Below, piece after piece: positions 27,163-37,950 of a stretch of DNA of 64,000 nucleotides. Location: sequence record NC_061418.1; one strand, given 5' to 3'. The translations under genes and the position numbers were made by a program. Each line of letters starts with the position of its first letter. Within the stretch, counting starts at the first letter, position 1. The notes beneath the pieces are model-generated. The model ran no database searches and had not been told where the DNA came from. It saw only the letters and a program-made list of their open reading frames with translations.

Positions 27163-30100
27163 ATGGCCAAAAGAGAAAAAATAGATCTGGATCGTTTTGA
27201 CGATTTTGATCTCGAAGATAATTGGGGCATGGACAAAGAACCTCAAAGTGCGAAAGACGGAAGCGGTAAACGCGAGGCTGTAAAAAAGGCAGGAAAGACC
27301 GTTCTCCGTGAGATGGGGAAAACGACCTTTACCAGTCAGATGGCGAAAACCATCCTGAAAGAGGCCATGCCGCGTTCTTTCACTACAACCTTAGATAACG
27401 TTGATAAAGGTTTAATCGACGTTCGATCGCTTTACGCTGACGTCCGTAAAGATGCCGCCCCGATGCTGCGAGAAATGAAAGCGTTGGGTCGTACCGTCAA
27501 CCGTCTTGTTCCTACACCGTATCAGAAAAAGATCGATGCGTTTCTGACGAGAAACAACGGGACAGATAAATCAGGTTCTCAACTGGCAGCGCTCAATATT
27601 GAAGACGCAGCGGTACTCCAGTCGTTAGCTCAAGTCTTCAATCAAGACGATGACAAACCGAAGCAGATGAGCCCTGAGGAACTGACTGAGAAACTGACCG
27701 ATCAGCAGTATAAAATAAAACTGGGTACGGCCATTGCGAGTATCCAGAATCTCCTGGCGAAGCAGACCGCTTATCAGTTTGGTGCACAGCGTGCATTTCA
27801 AAAGAAAAGTATGGAGCTTCAAATTCGACAGCTGATGGTTTCGCGTGCCCATTTAGACGTGGCACAGAAGTCTGCGGTTGAAACCTCCAACCTGCTCAGA
27901 AGCGTTGTCGAAAACACCGCGTTACCTGACGTAGTAAAACAGCACCGTTCGGAAGAATTCCTTCGGATGGGCCGTGAGAAAATCTTTGGTCGCATCCAAC
28001 AGTCAATGTACGACTGGACGAGTAATTATCGTAACCAGTTCAAAGACCGTGCGAAACAAGCCATTAACGACAGAATGCAAAAACTCACTATGGGTTTTTC
28101 AATGGCCAACGATTCTCTCGAACAGCTCGAGGCGCAACGGGAATTACTGGCGTCAATGGGTGTCACCCCGGAGGAGTTTTTAGCAGGGGCAGCAGGGAAC
28201 TGGGGTGCGTTACAAATCGGTAAACGTATCGGAAAACGCATTAATAAAAGTGCGCCTTCGCTACGTCGATTGGACGGTACATTCCAGGGCGTCAACTACC
28301 TCTTTAACAACAAAGAACGTTTAGCGTCAGATTGGGGAAATTCCGGTTACCGTTACGGGAAATGGTATAATCCCATCGAGAACTTTGTTAAAGACACCTT
28401 ACGTGGCGGTTACCGTGACGAAGGCGTAGTTCGCGCCGGAGGATTGGGGAACGGAGAAAAAATCTCGACTGTAGACGAGCGTAAACTCAGCTATATGGAA
28501 GAGATGTCCGGGTACCTGTCCCGAATCTTACATAGTATCGACGTCCTCAGGACGGGCGATAATAACACGCAGCGCACGGTTTTCAACCGTCAGAAGGGCA
28601 TTTTTACCTCCTTTAATGAATCGGTGGCGTCGACGCGTCAGGCGTTGATTAAAGACACCGATATCAATTCACAGCGTGAGAATATTAATCGTCTTATCGA
28701 GAACATCGATAACAACAACCGGTTATCTCCCGACGCTAAAGGTAAAATTTCTGATCACCTGATGACAAGGGCAAGAACCTCGAAAGCCTTTAACCCGGCA
28801 GCCCTAGCTAATGAGAAAATCTCAGGGTTATCCCGTGACGACCAACGCCTTTGGCAAGGACTGATGGCGAAACGTTATGGACTGAAACTGAACGAGAAAA
28901 GTGAATGGTCGCTTAACCCGTTCTCTTCTTCAAACGTTAACCTTAATATCGATGCCGGTCAGTATAACTACGCCTCTAACCAAACGCAGGGTATCTTTAA
29001 TCGTGCCCATGCGTTAGCGCAAACCGGTAACCTTGAAGAACTGATCTCAGAAGGCGCAGTGGTCTTTAAGAACGGTAATTGGGAAGTTAACCCAGACTAT
29101 TACGGTTCACGCGTATCTGGTAAACCTTCACCGGGTAACAACGACTCGACTAACCCTAACGACATGGGTCCACATCGTCCTCGTAACCCACCGCCGGGTA
29201 CCCCGCCTATCACTGAACTCCGTCGCTTCGGACAAGATTGGACCAACCCGAATTCGGTTAACTTTAATCTTAACGGGAACCAACAAAATTCTTTCGGGAC
29301 GGCGTTAGCGGAACAAACCGATAGAATCCTTGAGTCCATGAAACACTCTCAGTTGTTCTGGGATGAGCAAATGGCCAGAATAGAGGCACAGCTTACCGCG
29401 CTGGAAGGGTGCTGTCTCAACGGAGGAGGTGGCGGTGGTCAAGGTGGCCAAGGCGGTGATACTGGCGATCAAGGCGGGCGTCGTCGTTTCTCACGGAACT
29501 GGGCTAAACGCGGGCTCCGTGCGGGTATCGGCGGTATTCGTCGTGGTGTGAAAGGGATGTGGGATCTTGGCGGTTTACCGCTTAAAGCAGCAGGAGAGAT
29601 CTTTAAGCGAGTACGTCGCCCGGCTTTCAATGCAGCGATGACGATCGGTACCTTTGGCCTGAATAAAGTCTTAGGTTTCGGGATGCAGGCGTTTGAGAAA
29701 GTTCAAGACGGCTATATCGCGACGGCACAGGGTTTAAAGAAAGTCATTGAAAAAGAAGGACTGGCAGCGGGTCGTTACGTTGACCAAGCCACCGGGAAGG
29801 TTATCAAGAAACTTTCTGACGTACGGGGCGCAGTCTGGGACGTGGTAAATAACACTCAGGTCCTGACCGACGACGAAGCGAGACGGGGTTTGTTTAACGC
29901 CGCAGGAAACCGCATTAAGACATCCTTTAACAAAGTACTCGGTGCGGTGGGGAGTCTATTAAACGGAAGGTTTACCCCTTATCATTTACTCAAAGGTGCT
30001 GCAGGCGGATTAGGGAAAGGTCTCTTTTCCTTATTCGGTCGCTTACCAGATATTTACGTGCTCGGAGAAATGAAACCGCGTCTCTACGCCAGTAAGTTGG

Positions 30101-33100
30101 CGAATGGGGAATATTTCTCGATGCGTACTGGGAAAGTCATCAAGAAACTTTCCGATATTGACGGTGACGTCGGGGTGATTGACCCTCGCACCAGAACCAT
30201 GACACCTGTACTTTCTGCTGAGGATGCTGCTAAAGGATTGGTTGATAAGAATGGCCGTAGCGTTCGTACTGGACTGGCTAAACTTACGGGGATGATCGGC
30301 AACGGTCTCCGCGGGGTGGGCGGTTTACTTACAACCCCGTTTAAGATTTTAAATGGACTGAAAAACGGTGCGATTAATTTAGCTTCTAACGGTTTGAGTG
30401 CAGTAGGCGGTGTTTTAAATAGGGGCTTGAATACAGGGATAGGATTCTCTGGCGGGTCGACACCGTGGCTAAAACGTATCTATCGACTCTTAGTTAATCA
30501 GTTCACCGGGAAAGATCCACTTGACGGCCTCGATACCGAAACAGGTAGTGTTTCGGGTATCAAGAATCGCTTAACGGGCGGGTTCGAGAAACTCAAGAAT
30601 CGTACCGGAAGTTGGTGGCAGCGTCTTCAGAAAAAGAAACCGGAAGAGACCAAACCTGAACACGCTGAGAAAGCGGCGAAGGAAGGGGGTGGTTGGGGTA
30701 AACTGATCTGGGCCGCTATCACGGGAGTTGGTGCCATTGTCGGGAAAATTGCAACCGGATTCGGGAATTTCTGGAAATGGATCAAAGAACTTCCTCGCTG
30801 GATAAGCGGTGCGAAAGCGTTAGATGCTGCTGGGGATTTGGCAGGGGATGTAGCAGGCTCAGGAGGTAGGAGAGGCGGTCTGCTACGTAGAACCGGTAAC
30901 GTACTGAAGAAAGTCGGGAAAGGGGCGCTAGGGGTTGCGGGCTTCTTAGGAAGAGGGTTATTTAGCGGAGTCGGAATGTTAGCAAGGGGCGCCGCGGTAG
31001 CGGCAGGGTCATTGCTCTCTGCGCCTGTTCTGGTCACAGCGGCGGTAGCTGCGGGTGTAGGTTATCTGATTTATAAAGGATACCAAGCCTACAAGAACAG
31101 AATGACATCGCTGAGAAACTACCGTGCAGCACAGTACGGCGTCAACCCGAAAGACAGTGACCGGGCGGGTAAAGTACTTGCATTAGAAGAAGCGGTTCTG
31201 AAAAACAGTCAGATCTCAGGGCAAGGGAAACTCAAGATTGGTTCGTTACCTTTCCAAGAGTTACTGAGTGCCTTTGATGTTGAGATCACTGACCAGCGTA
31301 GTGTACAGCGTTGGACACGATGGTATCAGATGCGTTTCGTTCCAGTCTTTACCCGTAACGTTGAAACACTTTATCGGATGGACCCTAAAGCTAAAATCAC
31401 CGAGAGTGAATTCCTGAAACCGAGTCAACGAGGGGACTTCGCTAAAGCCACTTTCATTGCATCCGGCGGAAAAGAATCTCCTTATCTGGTCTCTGACTCG
31501 CCATTCCCTAATATGTCTTCAGTAACAGGTGATCGGTTTGTTGCCGGTTTCCGTGACCAGGTCATTGCTGAGTTTGCGGAAGCAGAGAAAAAGGCGATCG
31601 CCTCGGGCGAGAAGAAACTGGTCACTGCTTCAGACGTGAAGCAACCGAAGGGAATCGAATTACTGAACAAAAAGGCACAGGAAGCACAAGCCAATAATGC
31701 TAACCGGACAGTAAATCCAACAACCGATCTCTACTATTCACCGGGCGATACCCGGAAAGGGCTAACTTCCCTGACCGGCGATAAGCGCAAGGATGAATTG
31801 ATCGAGATGGGGAACCGCATTGATGACCTGACCTCGATACGTGTTAAACTTTACGGTTTACGCGAGCTGTTGAAAGGGGACGTTAACGCCTTACTCGCAT
31901 TAGAGACTGAGGCGTTGAAATTCATTCGATACGGTGATAAAGGAGTAGCCCTCTGGACAGGGAACAGCGAACAGTTCTTCGCTAACTGGAACGGTCAATT
32001 CGGTATTAACAGTAATAACGCCAATGAAAAGGCACAGTGGCTATTCTGGTTCACGAAACGTTTCCTACCTGTCTTCTTGAACTTCTGTTCTGAAAGCAAT
32101 TTCATCGCGCCTAATAGTTCGCCGATGGTCGCATGGAAGAAACTGAACGCGAGCGATCTCCTGAAGATTGCAAACTTCATGAACAGCGCGACGACCGAGG
32201 TCAATGGCGGGAAAGTCTCAGTCTGGACCATTAAAGCGTCACCGTGGCCTAACCGCTTCTCAAACACGGACAGTAGTGTTATTCAGTCTAACCTGGATGC
32301 ATTACGTCTCGAAGGGAAAAAGGAAGTTTACCAAGAGAAAGTGAAGACAGAAGCGGAAATCGCCAAGATGACCTTTGATGGTAAAGCGCTTCGTAACTCG
32401 TCACTGGGTAACAAGATTGCTGACCTTTATAGCGATAACCGTGCGTTAACCGCCGATACGCGAGGACGCGCTACTGGCGCTAACGGTGTCGGTGTTTACG
32501 GTCAACGTGTGGGTTCAATGGGAACCTCCTTTGAACGTTCGGAAGCGGGTAGCAGTTTCACGGATACCAACTTACTGCATTCCGGTGAAGGTACCGGCGG
32601 GTCGATTAATGATATCCCTGATCCGAAAGGAGACGGTTGGGATAACGTGAAAGATTCGATTGCAGCAGTGGCTAAGATGGTCGGCGTTGATGCCGGTTCA
32701 TTGGCGGCAATGGTGGCGCAGGAATCTCGCTTTGAGATTCGGGCGAAGAACGGTAACTCTTCGGCAGCAGGACTCGGTCAGTTCCTTGATGGAACCTGGA
32801 AAGAGATTCTCCCTACTCTTGTTAAGAAATATGGTGTGAACCCGAATACGTCTCAGTATGACCCACGTGCGTCGTTATTGGCCACGGCGGAATACATGAA
32901 ACAGAACGCGAAGATCATCGGTGACATTGGTAGACCATTGACGACCACTGATATCTATATGGCGCACTTCTTAGGGCCAGGGGGTGCAAGGAACGTACTG
33001 CGTGTACCGACCAACACACCGATTCAATCGGCGATGGGTGATAGGTATGCTGCAGTCGCGAGAGCGAACCCTGAGATCTTTAAGAACGTCAGGACGACGG

Positions 33101-33756
33101 GCGACCTTGTAGCGAGTCTTGGTGGTTATCTCTCCAGAAACGGTGGGCAATACGCGCAGCTGGCGAACGGGATGACAGGGAAGGCTGGACCAGCCGTTCC
33201 GGGTGGGGGAAGTGATGCGGTCAGTACCAGTGCCCCGAAAGAGACAGAGACAACTCCGCCTGTTGCACCATCGACGGGATCAAACACTATCGTCAGCAAT
33301 CCGGCGAAAGGTGAGATGCCTGTCGGTAGTACGACAAGTACGTCTGTCACGACAAGGGGGACCGATACGGTCACACCGGCAACGACCCGAACCACGGATA
33401 GCCGTGACGCTAAAGCATTGGCTCAGCAGGCAGTACAGCGCGAGAACACTGCGGAAGCTAATCGCATTGCTGTGGCAGCATCCAGAAAACAATCAGCTGA
33501 AACGGCGAGTACGACAAGTACATGGGCCGACACGTTGAATGAACAGCTTGAGACGCAGAAATCTATGGACAGTACGTTGAAGTTGATCAAAGGTCTTCTG
33601 GAGAAAGGGGTGCCGGTAACCGGTGGGGAAAATAATTCTTCCCCTAAGACCAATCCTAACAGCAGCGAATTAAGAGGGAAAGATATCAGTACGGGGAGTC
33701 GAGGGAAACAACCTTTTGAACCGTTCGATACGAGTATCTCGCAGAACTTTCGTTAA
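27163..33756 (+). CDS. Giant tail (tape-measure-like) protein with lytic transglycosylase domain, phiKZ gp181-like
   Basis: 2,197 aa; SLT motifs AQESRF...SSAAGLGQFLDGTW and YMAHFLGPGG; hydrophobic Gly/Ala-rich segments; divergent from vRNAP beta'. Confidence 0.9.
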   Translation: MAKREKIDLDRFDDFDLEDNWGMDKEPQSAKDGSGKREAVKKAGKTVLREMGKTTFTSQMAKTILKEAMPRSFTTTLDNVDKGLIDVRSLYADVRKDAAPMLREMKALGRTVNRLVPTPYQKKIDAFLTRNNGTDKSGSQLAALNIEDAAVLQSLAQVFNQDDDKPKQMSPEELTEKLTDQQYKIKLGTAIASIQNLLAKQTAYQFGAQRAFQKKSMELQIRQLMVSRAHLDVAQKSAVETSNLLRSVVENTALPDVVKQHRSEEFLRMGREKIFGRIQQSMYDWTSNYRNQFKDRAKQAINDRMQKLTMGFSMANDSLEQLEAQRELLASMGVTPEEFLAGAAGNWGALQIGKRIGKRINKSAPSLRRLDGTFQGVNYLFNNKERLASDWGNSGYRYGKWYNPIENFVKDTLRGGYRDEGVVRAGGLGNGEKISTVDERKLSYMEEMSGYLSRILHSIDVLRTGDNNTQRTVFNRQKGIFTSFNESVASTRQALIKDTDINSQRENINRLIENIDNNNRLSPDAKGKISDHLMTRARTSKAFNPAALANEKISGLSRDDQRLWQGLMAKRYGLKLNEKSEWSLNPFSSSNVNLNIDAGQYNYASNQTQGIFNRAHALAQTGNLEELISEGAVVFKNGNWEVNPDYYGSRVSGKPSPGNNDSTNPNDMGPHRPRNPPPGTPPITELRRFGQDWTNPNSVNFNLNGNQQNSFGTALAEQTDRILESMKHSQLFWDEQMARIEAQLTALEGCCLNGGGGGGQGGQGGDTGDQGGRRRFSRNWAKRGLRAGIGGIRRGVKGMWDLGGLPLKAAGEIFKRVRRPAFNAAMTIGTFGLNKVLGFGMQAFEKVQDGYIATAQGLKKVIEKEGLAAGRYVDQATGKVIKKLSDVRGAVWDVVNNTQVLTDDEARRGLFNAAGNRIKTSFNKVLGAVGSLLNGRFTPYHLLKGAAGGLGKGLFSLFGRLPDIYVLGEMKPRLYASKLANGEYFSMRTGKVIKKLSDIDGDVGVIDPRTRTMTPVLSAEDAAKGLVDKNGRSVRTGLAKLTGMIGNGLRGVGGLLTTPFKILNGLKNGAINLASNGLSAVGGVLNRGLNTGIGFSGGSTPWLKRIYRLLVNQFTGKDPLDGLDTETGSVSGIKNRLTGGFEKLKNRTGSWWQRLQKKKPEETKPEHAEKAAKEGGGWGKLIWAAITGVGAIVGKIATGFGNFWKWIKELPRWISGAKALDAAGDLAGDVAGSGGRRGGLLRRTGNVLKKVGKGALGVAGFLGRGLFSGVGMLARGAAVAAGSLLSAPVLVTAAVAAGVGYLIYKGYQAYKNRMTSLRNYRAAQYGVNPKDSDRAGKVLALEEAVLKNSQISGQGKLKIGSLPFQELLSAFDVEITDQRSVQRWTRWYQMRFVPVFTRNVETLYRMDPKAKITESEFLKPSQRGDFAKATFIASGGKESPYLVSDSPFPNMSSVTGDRFVAGFRDQVIAEFAEAEKKAIASGEKKLVTASDVKQPKGIELLNKKAQEAQANNANRTVNPTTDLYYSPGDTRKGLTSLTGDKRKDELIEMGNRIDDLTSIRVKLYGLRELLKGDVNALLALETEALKFIRYGDKGVALWTGNSEQFFANWNGQFGINSNNANEKAQWLFWFTKRFLPVFLNFCSESNFIAPNSSPMVAWKKLNASDLLKIANFMNSATTEVNGGKVSVWTIKASPWPNRFSNTDSSVIQSNLDALRLEGKKEVYQEKVKTEAEIAKMTFDGKALRNSSLGNKIADLYSDNRALTADTRGRATGANGVGVYGQRVGSMGTSFERSEAGSSFTDTNLLHSGEGTGGSINDIPDPKGDGWDNVKDSIAAVAKMVGVDAGSLAAMVAQESRFEIRAKNGNSSAAGLGQFLDGTWKEILPTLVKKYGVNPNTSQYDPRASLLATAEYMKQNAKIIGDIGRPLTTTDIYMAHFLGPGGARNVLRVPTNTPIQSAMGDRYAAVARANPEIFKNVRTTGDLVASLGGYLSRNGGQYAQLANGMTGKAGPAVPGGGSDAVSTSAPKETETTPPVAPSTGSNTIVSNPAKGEMPVGSTTSTSVTTRGTDTVTPATTRTTDSRDAKALAQQAVQRENTAEANRIAVAASRKQSAETASTTSTWADTLNEQLETQKSMDSTLKLIKGLLEKGVPVTGGENNSSPKTNPNSSELRGKDISTGSRGKQPFEPFDTSISQNFR

Positions 33757-33763
33757 CTAAATT

Positions 33764-33790
33764 GGGGAGAGAAATCTCCCCTTATTTTTA
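33764..33790 (+). terminator. Intrinsic terminator
   Basis: GGGGAGA-GAAA-TCTCCCC followed by TTATTTTT. Confidence 0.75.
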
Positions 33791-33801
33791 AAGGAACAGA
33801 A

Positions 33802-35946
33802 ATGGCGACATTAGATACAGTAACTGACGATAGCTGGACGCGTCAGGCATTCTTACTTCCTGCCGATGCGGTTGATGATGACGACATTTATTACCGTAAC
33901 CACTCCAGCGCCTATTTTAAATACACCGATACTACGTTGGGCGGAAACTGGGCATTGAATGCACCACCCCAACCCTGTCTCTTTTCAGACCCTGTCTTAG
34001 ACCGTTATGTTGAAATCGGCGAGGGCCAAGGTGCGTGGTATTCTGAAAACATTGATGACAACTCAGTTTTACTCCACATGCGATTTGGTGTACCGAACTA
34101 TAACAGTCTGGCGAGTTTCTTCGGTAACTTCTACAGCTCCGACGATGCGCGTTTGGTTCGTACTGGACGGGCATCCGGTGTAGGGAATTTAATTGGCCGG
34201 GCGATCGGCTGGGCGTTCTCTGTTCGACTTGTTCCGTTTATCATGACGTTCACCGCCATCAAATGGTTTACCGGAACGGTCAGTACGAAATTCTATTACC
34301 TTAAACCGACGATGGGGCTGTACTGGAAATATGTCAACGATTTTGCCAACAACATTGCCTCCAACCTTGATCTCGCAGCAAAGCCTACTACGGATTCATG
34401 GCTTAAACTTACAGAAGGTGCGAATTTAAACGGTACCACACCGATGTCTGAATCTGGTGACCCTGGTGTGGAGTCTATCGAACAAGCAACAAAAACAGCG
34501 TTTGAGATTGGCGCCAGAGAGAAGTCGGTTTATGACCAGATGGTACCGGAACTTTTCCGTGCTGACGGTTTAACTGGTATCGATATCTACGCGACAGCGA
34601 CACGGGCGCAGGCATACGCTAACGCGTGGCATGAGGCAATTAATGAAATTGCCGCACAAAACCAGAGTAACGGTAATGGCGTGATGTCAAGTATCTACGC
34701 GTGGATGACTGGCGGAGGTGCAACGGCATCACTGAACAAGGCCAAAAAGAAAACTTACGCGACCACTGAAGAGTTCCTTAACGCTTATCTGAAAGACCCA
34801 GACGGACGTCTCACTGAATCACCTGCTACGGCGGGGAATGAAGCCAGCAATGCCGAGGTTAACACCGCTCAGCAATCCACGGCGACAACGACCGATGCCA
34901 ACGGTAATGCGATTAGTCCCGTGGCTGATAACGGAACTAATGAAGCGCAGAAAGGTGTTATTGAACAAGCGTACGAAAGCGTCAAAGACTATTTCACTGA
35001 TGAGGTCATTGGTCGTGCTTATGCGACCTTTAAAGCGGCGCAGCGCGATGGTTCTCAATGGCTAACCCTTCGAATCGATGGACGTGAGTCGGCCAGTGAA
35101 TCTTTCTCAAACAGTGTACGCGAGTCCGATCTCCAGTCGACGATCAACAGCACTTCTTCCAGAGCGGCCAGTATGCGTTTCAGTATGGCAGAAGGGAATT
35201 TCCTTGGTATTCCAGGGATGCAAGAGATCGTTAACACAGTGAAAGACATAGCGGGCGGGATTATGGATTCTCTTCATATCTCGGGTGTTGGCGCTATTGC
35301 AGGGAACGCCTTTGTCGATATTCCTAAACATTACGACAGTTCTTCTGCGAGTTTTAACCAGATGTCGCTAACGATTCCGTTACGAGCATGGGCGGGAGAT
35401 AACTTCAACCGTTTCCAATGTGAAATCCTTCCGCTGATCACAATGTTAGTGGGGGCGTTACCAAGGGCAACGGGGACTGGTTCGTATACAGCACCTTTCA
35501 TTGGTGAGTTTTATTGCCAGGGTCGTTGTTCGATTCCTTTGGGGATGATCACGGCCATCGATATTACTCGTGCAACCTCGAATATGCCTTGGACGAAAAA
35601 CGGGGAATACCTCGGGATTGATGTCAGGTTAACGATCACTGACCTTTCGTCAGTGGCGGCCATGAACCTTAACGAGGCATTTGGTCTGCGTAACTTTGAC
35701 CCAACGACATGGAACCGGCTGCTGTTCCCGCAAGATTCGTCGTTTGAAATGTACACTAACGTATTATCCAGTCTGGGTCTCCATGACCAGATTTACATGT
35801 TACCGCGCTTCAAGCGTAACTGGAACAGGGTAGTGAACAGTTTCGATAGATTCTTCTCGTACTCTAACCTGGCCAACACTATCTTCAGCGGTAATATGGG
35901 CGGGCAAATACTTTCTGCGCTCAGTAAAACTGACCGTGGCTTGTAA
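33802..35946 (+). CDS. Tail/baseplate structural protein, phiKZ gp182-like
   Basis: 714 aa directly after the tape measure gene; AAGGA RBS; position conserved in phiKZ-like phages. Confidence 0.7.
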   Translation: MATLDTVTDDSWTRQAFLLPADAVDDDDIYYRNHSSAYFKYTDTTLGGNWALNAPPQPCLFSDPVLDRYVEIGEGQGAWYSENIDDNSVLLHMRFGVPNYNSLASFFGNFYSSDDARLVRTGRASGVGNLIGRAIGWAFSVRLVPFIMTFTAIKWFTGTVSTKFYYLKPTMGLYWKYVNDFANNIASNLDLAAKPTTDSWLKLTEGANLNGTTPMSESGDPGVESIEQATKTAFEIGAREKSVYDQMVPELFRADGLTGIDIYATATRAQAYANAWHEAINEIAAQNQSNGNGVMSSIYAWMTGGGATASLNKAKKKTYATTEEFLNAYLKDPDGRLTESPATAGNEASNAEVNTAQQSTATTTDANGNAISPVADNGTNEAQKGVIEQAYESVKDYFTDEVIGRAYATFKAAQRDGSQWLTLRIDGRESASESFSNSVRESDLQSTINSTSSRAASMRFSMAEGNFLGIPGMQEIVNTVKDIAGGIMDSLHISGVGAIAGNAFVDIPKHYDSSSASFNQMSLTIPLRAWAGDNFNRFQCEILPLITMLVGALPRATGTGSYTAPFIGEFYCQGRCSIPLGMITAIDITRATSNMPWTKNGEYLGIDVRLTITDLSSVAAMNLNEAFGLRNFDPTTWNRLLFPQDSSFEMYTNVLSSLGLHDQIYMLPRFKRNWNRVVNSFDRFFSYSNLANTIFSGNMGGQILSALSKTDRGL

Positions 35947-35954
35947 AAGTAAAC

Positions 35955-35989
35955 AAAAAAAAAGAGAGGGTTTTCACCCTCTCTTTTTT
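35955..35989. terminator. Bidirectional terminator
   Basis: A-tract-GAGAGGG/CCCTCTC-T-tract between convergent genes. Confidence 0.9.
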
Positions 35990-36791
35990 ATACTGTTTCT
36001 AATTTTAACGTACTCACGGTACGTTTTGCTACCCGCGGAGCGAGTCGTTGACAACTCTCGTCTATTGGATTAAACCAGTCCTCTTTCGGCCAACCTTTCT
36101 TCACTCGATAAAGTAATGTAGTATAAGGAATTGCCTTTTCTCTGGCGAGTTCTGCAACAGAAACCTGCTGACCTTCCCACTCAACGTTGATACTTGCTAT
36201 TCTCCCTGGTTGCGTTGTGTACCGCGTATAGTCAGCGCGTCTTTCAGCGGGTGCCCAGTAACAACTCATTGCATTGAGGGGCTCATCTGTTTTTTCAATC
36301 CACAAGAAATCAGTTTCTTCTCTAGGATAACCTATTTCGTCAAACGCCTTTCTGTACGAAGTCCAATGAACTGGAAGAGTCAACGATTTCCCGCTGCGGT
36401 TCTTTATCCTTGAGAAACTTGCTCTCAATTTTGCGCGGGTCTTCGGGTGTATAATTTCTGGTCGACTCTTTTTGGCTCGGCGTTCCAATACGGTAAGAAC
36501 ACTATCTCCTCGGAATAAAGAAGATTGTGTTTTCCTGTAATCTAACCGGTACCGGACAACGATCTCACTTAACGTAAGGACTTCACTCAATACAGGATAA
36601 AGTCTTTTCTTGTACCCCACTAAATTTACGAAGAGGGGTCCGACATCCTTCATACCGGGAGTTTTTACCAACGCTCTCTTTATTCTCTGGTAAACCGTGA
36701 TTCTTTTCATACCCGTAATCTCTACGATTTCCGGGACAGTGCGTTTAACACCGTTGTAAAGATATACAGGTTGGTTTTTAACAGCAGGCAT
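35988..36791 (-). CDS. Degenerate HNH homing-endonuclease-like protein with repeated DNA-binding modules
   Basis: Three NUMOD/HTH-like modules (YNGVKRTVPEIVEITGM..TVYQRI; LTLSEIVVRYRL; WEGQQVSVAELAREKAIPYTTLLYRVKKGW) around an eroded HNH-like core (HWTSY..AFDEIG..CYWA). Confidence 0.6.
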   Translation of the reverse strand: MPAVKNQPVYLYNGVKRTVPEIVEITGMKRITVYQRIKRALVKTPGMKDVGPLFVNLVGYKKRLYPVLSEVLTLSEIVVRYRLDYRKTQSSLFRGDSVLTVLERRAKKSRPEIIHPKTRAKLRASFSRIKNRSGKSLTLPVHWTSYRKAFDEIGYPREETDFLWIEKTDEPLNAMSCYWAPAERRADYTRYTTQPGRIASINVEWEGQQVSVAELAREKAIPYTTLLYRVKKGWPKEDWFNPIDESCQRLAPRVAKRTVSTLKLETV

Positions 36792-36849
36792 CTCATTATC
36801 CTTATCAAAATGATATTTTCTACATCAATAAACGGTGCTGTGTAAATAG

Positions 36850-36879
36850 AGTAGAGAGGGCAATTAAGCCCTCTCTACT
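36850..36879 (-). terminator. Intrinsic terminator
   Basis: Stem AGTAGAGAGGGC/GCCCTCTCTACT after the 36883 stop. Confidence 0.8.
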
Positions 36880-36882
36880 GTT

Positions 36883-37950
36883 TTATGCAAGTGCGATAAA
36901 CGTGTATTGTTGTTTTGCTAATCCAACCACAGTGTTCTCTGTAAAGTGCTGAACCACTGCAATCTGATAAGCGTATTCCGGTAATGTATTCAGTACCGTT
37001 TTCGCATTGGTGGAAATATTCCGGAAGACACTCAGACGATGTCCTGTAGGAGTGAACTGCGAAGCATTCCAACGTGGGTCAATGGAGGATAAGACCGAGA
37101 CTAACTCTGTCGCGTAAGTACTGTACTGGTTCGCGTCAATGACTTTACCAAAACGATAGTTCTGGAGAATCTGTTGTACGGCATCAGGGGCTTTCTGTAA
37201 GATGTAGACACCGCCTAAACTTTCTACCATCGCCTTGACCATTGACAGGTTCCCAGAAGCCAACACCGTCGGTAGACTGTCGCCCATTGCCGCGGTCAGT
37301 GTCGGATTAGAGGAATCGCTACTGTAGACAGCGGAGACAACGTTAGAGAGTCCGAGAAATGAAGCCTGCTGGAGAATAGAAGATTTCAGTGCCGTCATCG
37401 ACAGTTTGTCTTCCAAATTCTGAAAGGTCATATCCGCATTGGCCAATAAGGTATTAACACTACTGATCAGATTATTCGCGTTCAGGATATCCCCGGCAGA
37501 GGTCAACTGGGTAACCGCGCCATTGACATCGCTAAAGGTACTATCGACGGTGCTGTTAATTTCCTGAAGCGTACTGGTAGCACCATTGATAACCTCATCA
37601 GAGATCCCTTTGACGGTACTGATACTTTGACCAATCTCGTTACTCAGCTGACTGGTATATTCGCTGATGTCTTTCTTTACTGCGCTGGCTTGAGTGAGCA
37701 GGTCATTCAACGACCCTAAATCACTGATAGTGGTGTTTAAAAGATAATTCTTTGTTTCAGCGAGTTTCCCTAAAACCATATTCTTCATGTTACTCAATAC
37801 GGTTTTCGTTTCCTTTCCGTAACCATCTACGGCCACCATCGAATCCTTAACACCCGTTGCCACTAATGAGCTTTGGGTTTGCGCGGCAGCCTTAGCAGTT
37901 TGCGCTGAGTTACTTAAGGTCTTAACGTAATTACTGACGCCTAACGCCAT
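36883..37950 (-). CDS. Probable virion structural protein
   Basis: 355 aa; Ser/Thr/Ala-rich helical N-terminal half; AAGGAGG RBS; lies near the tail genes as in phiKZ-like phages. Confidence 0.6.
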   Translation of the reverse strand: MALGVSNYVKTLSNSAQTAKAAAQTQSSLVATGVKDSMVAVDGYGKETKTVLSNMKNMVLGKLAETKNYLLNTTISDLGSLNDLLTQASAVKKDISEYTSQLSNEIGQSISTVKGISDEVINGATSTLQEINSTVDSTFSDVNGAVTQLTSAGDILNANNLISSVNTLLANADMTFQNLEDKLSMTALKSSILQQASFLGLSNVVSAVYSSDSSNPTLTAAMGDSLPTVLASGNLSMVKAMVESLGGVYILQKAPDAVQQILQNYRFGKVIDANQYSTYATELVSVLSSIDPRWNASQFTPTGHRLSVFRNISTNAKTVLNTLPEYAYQIAVVQHFTENTVVGLAKQQYTFIALA

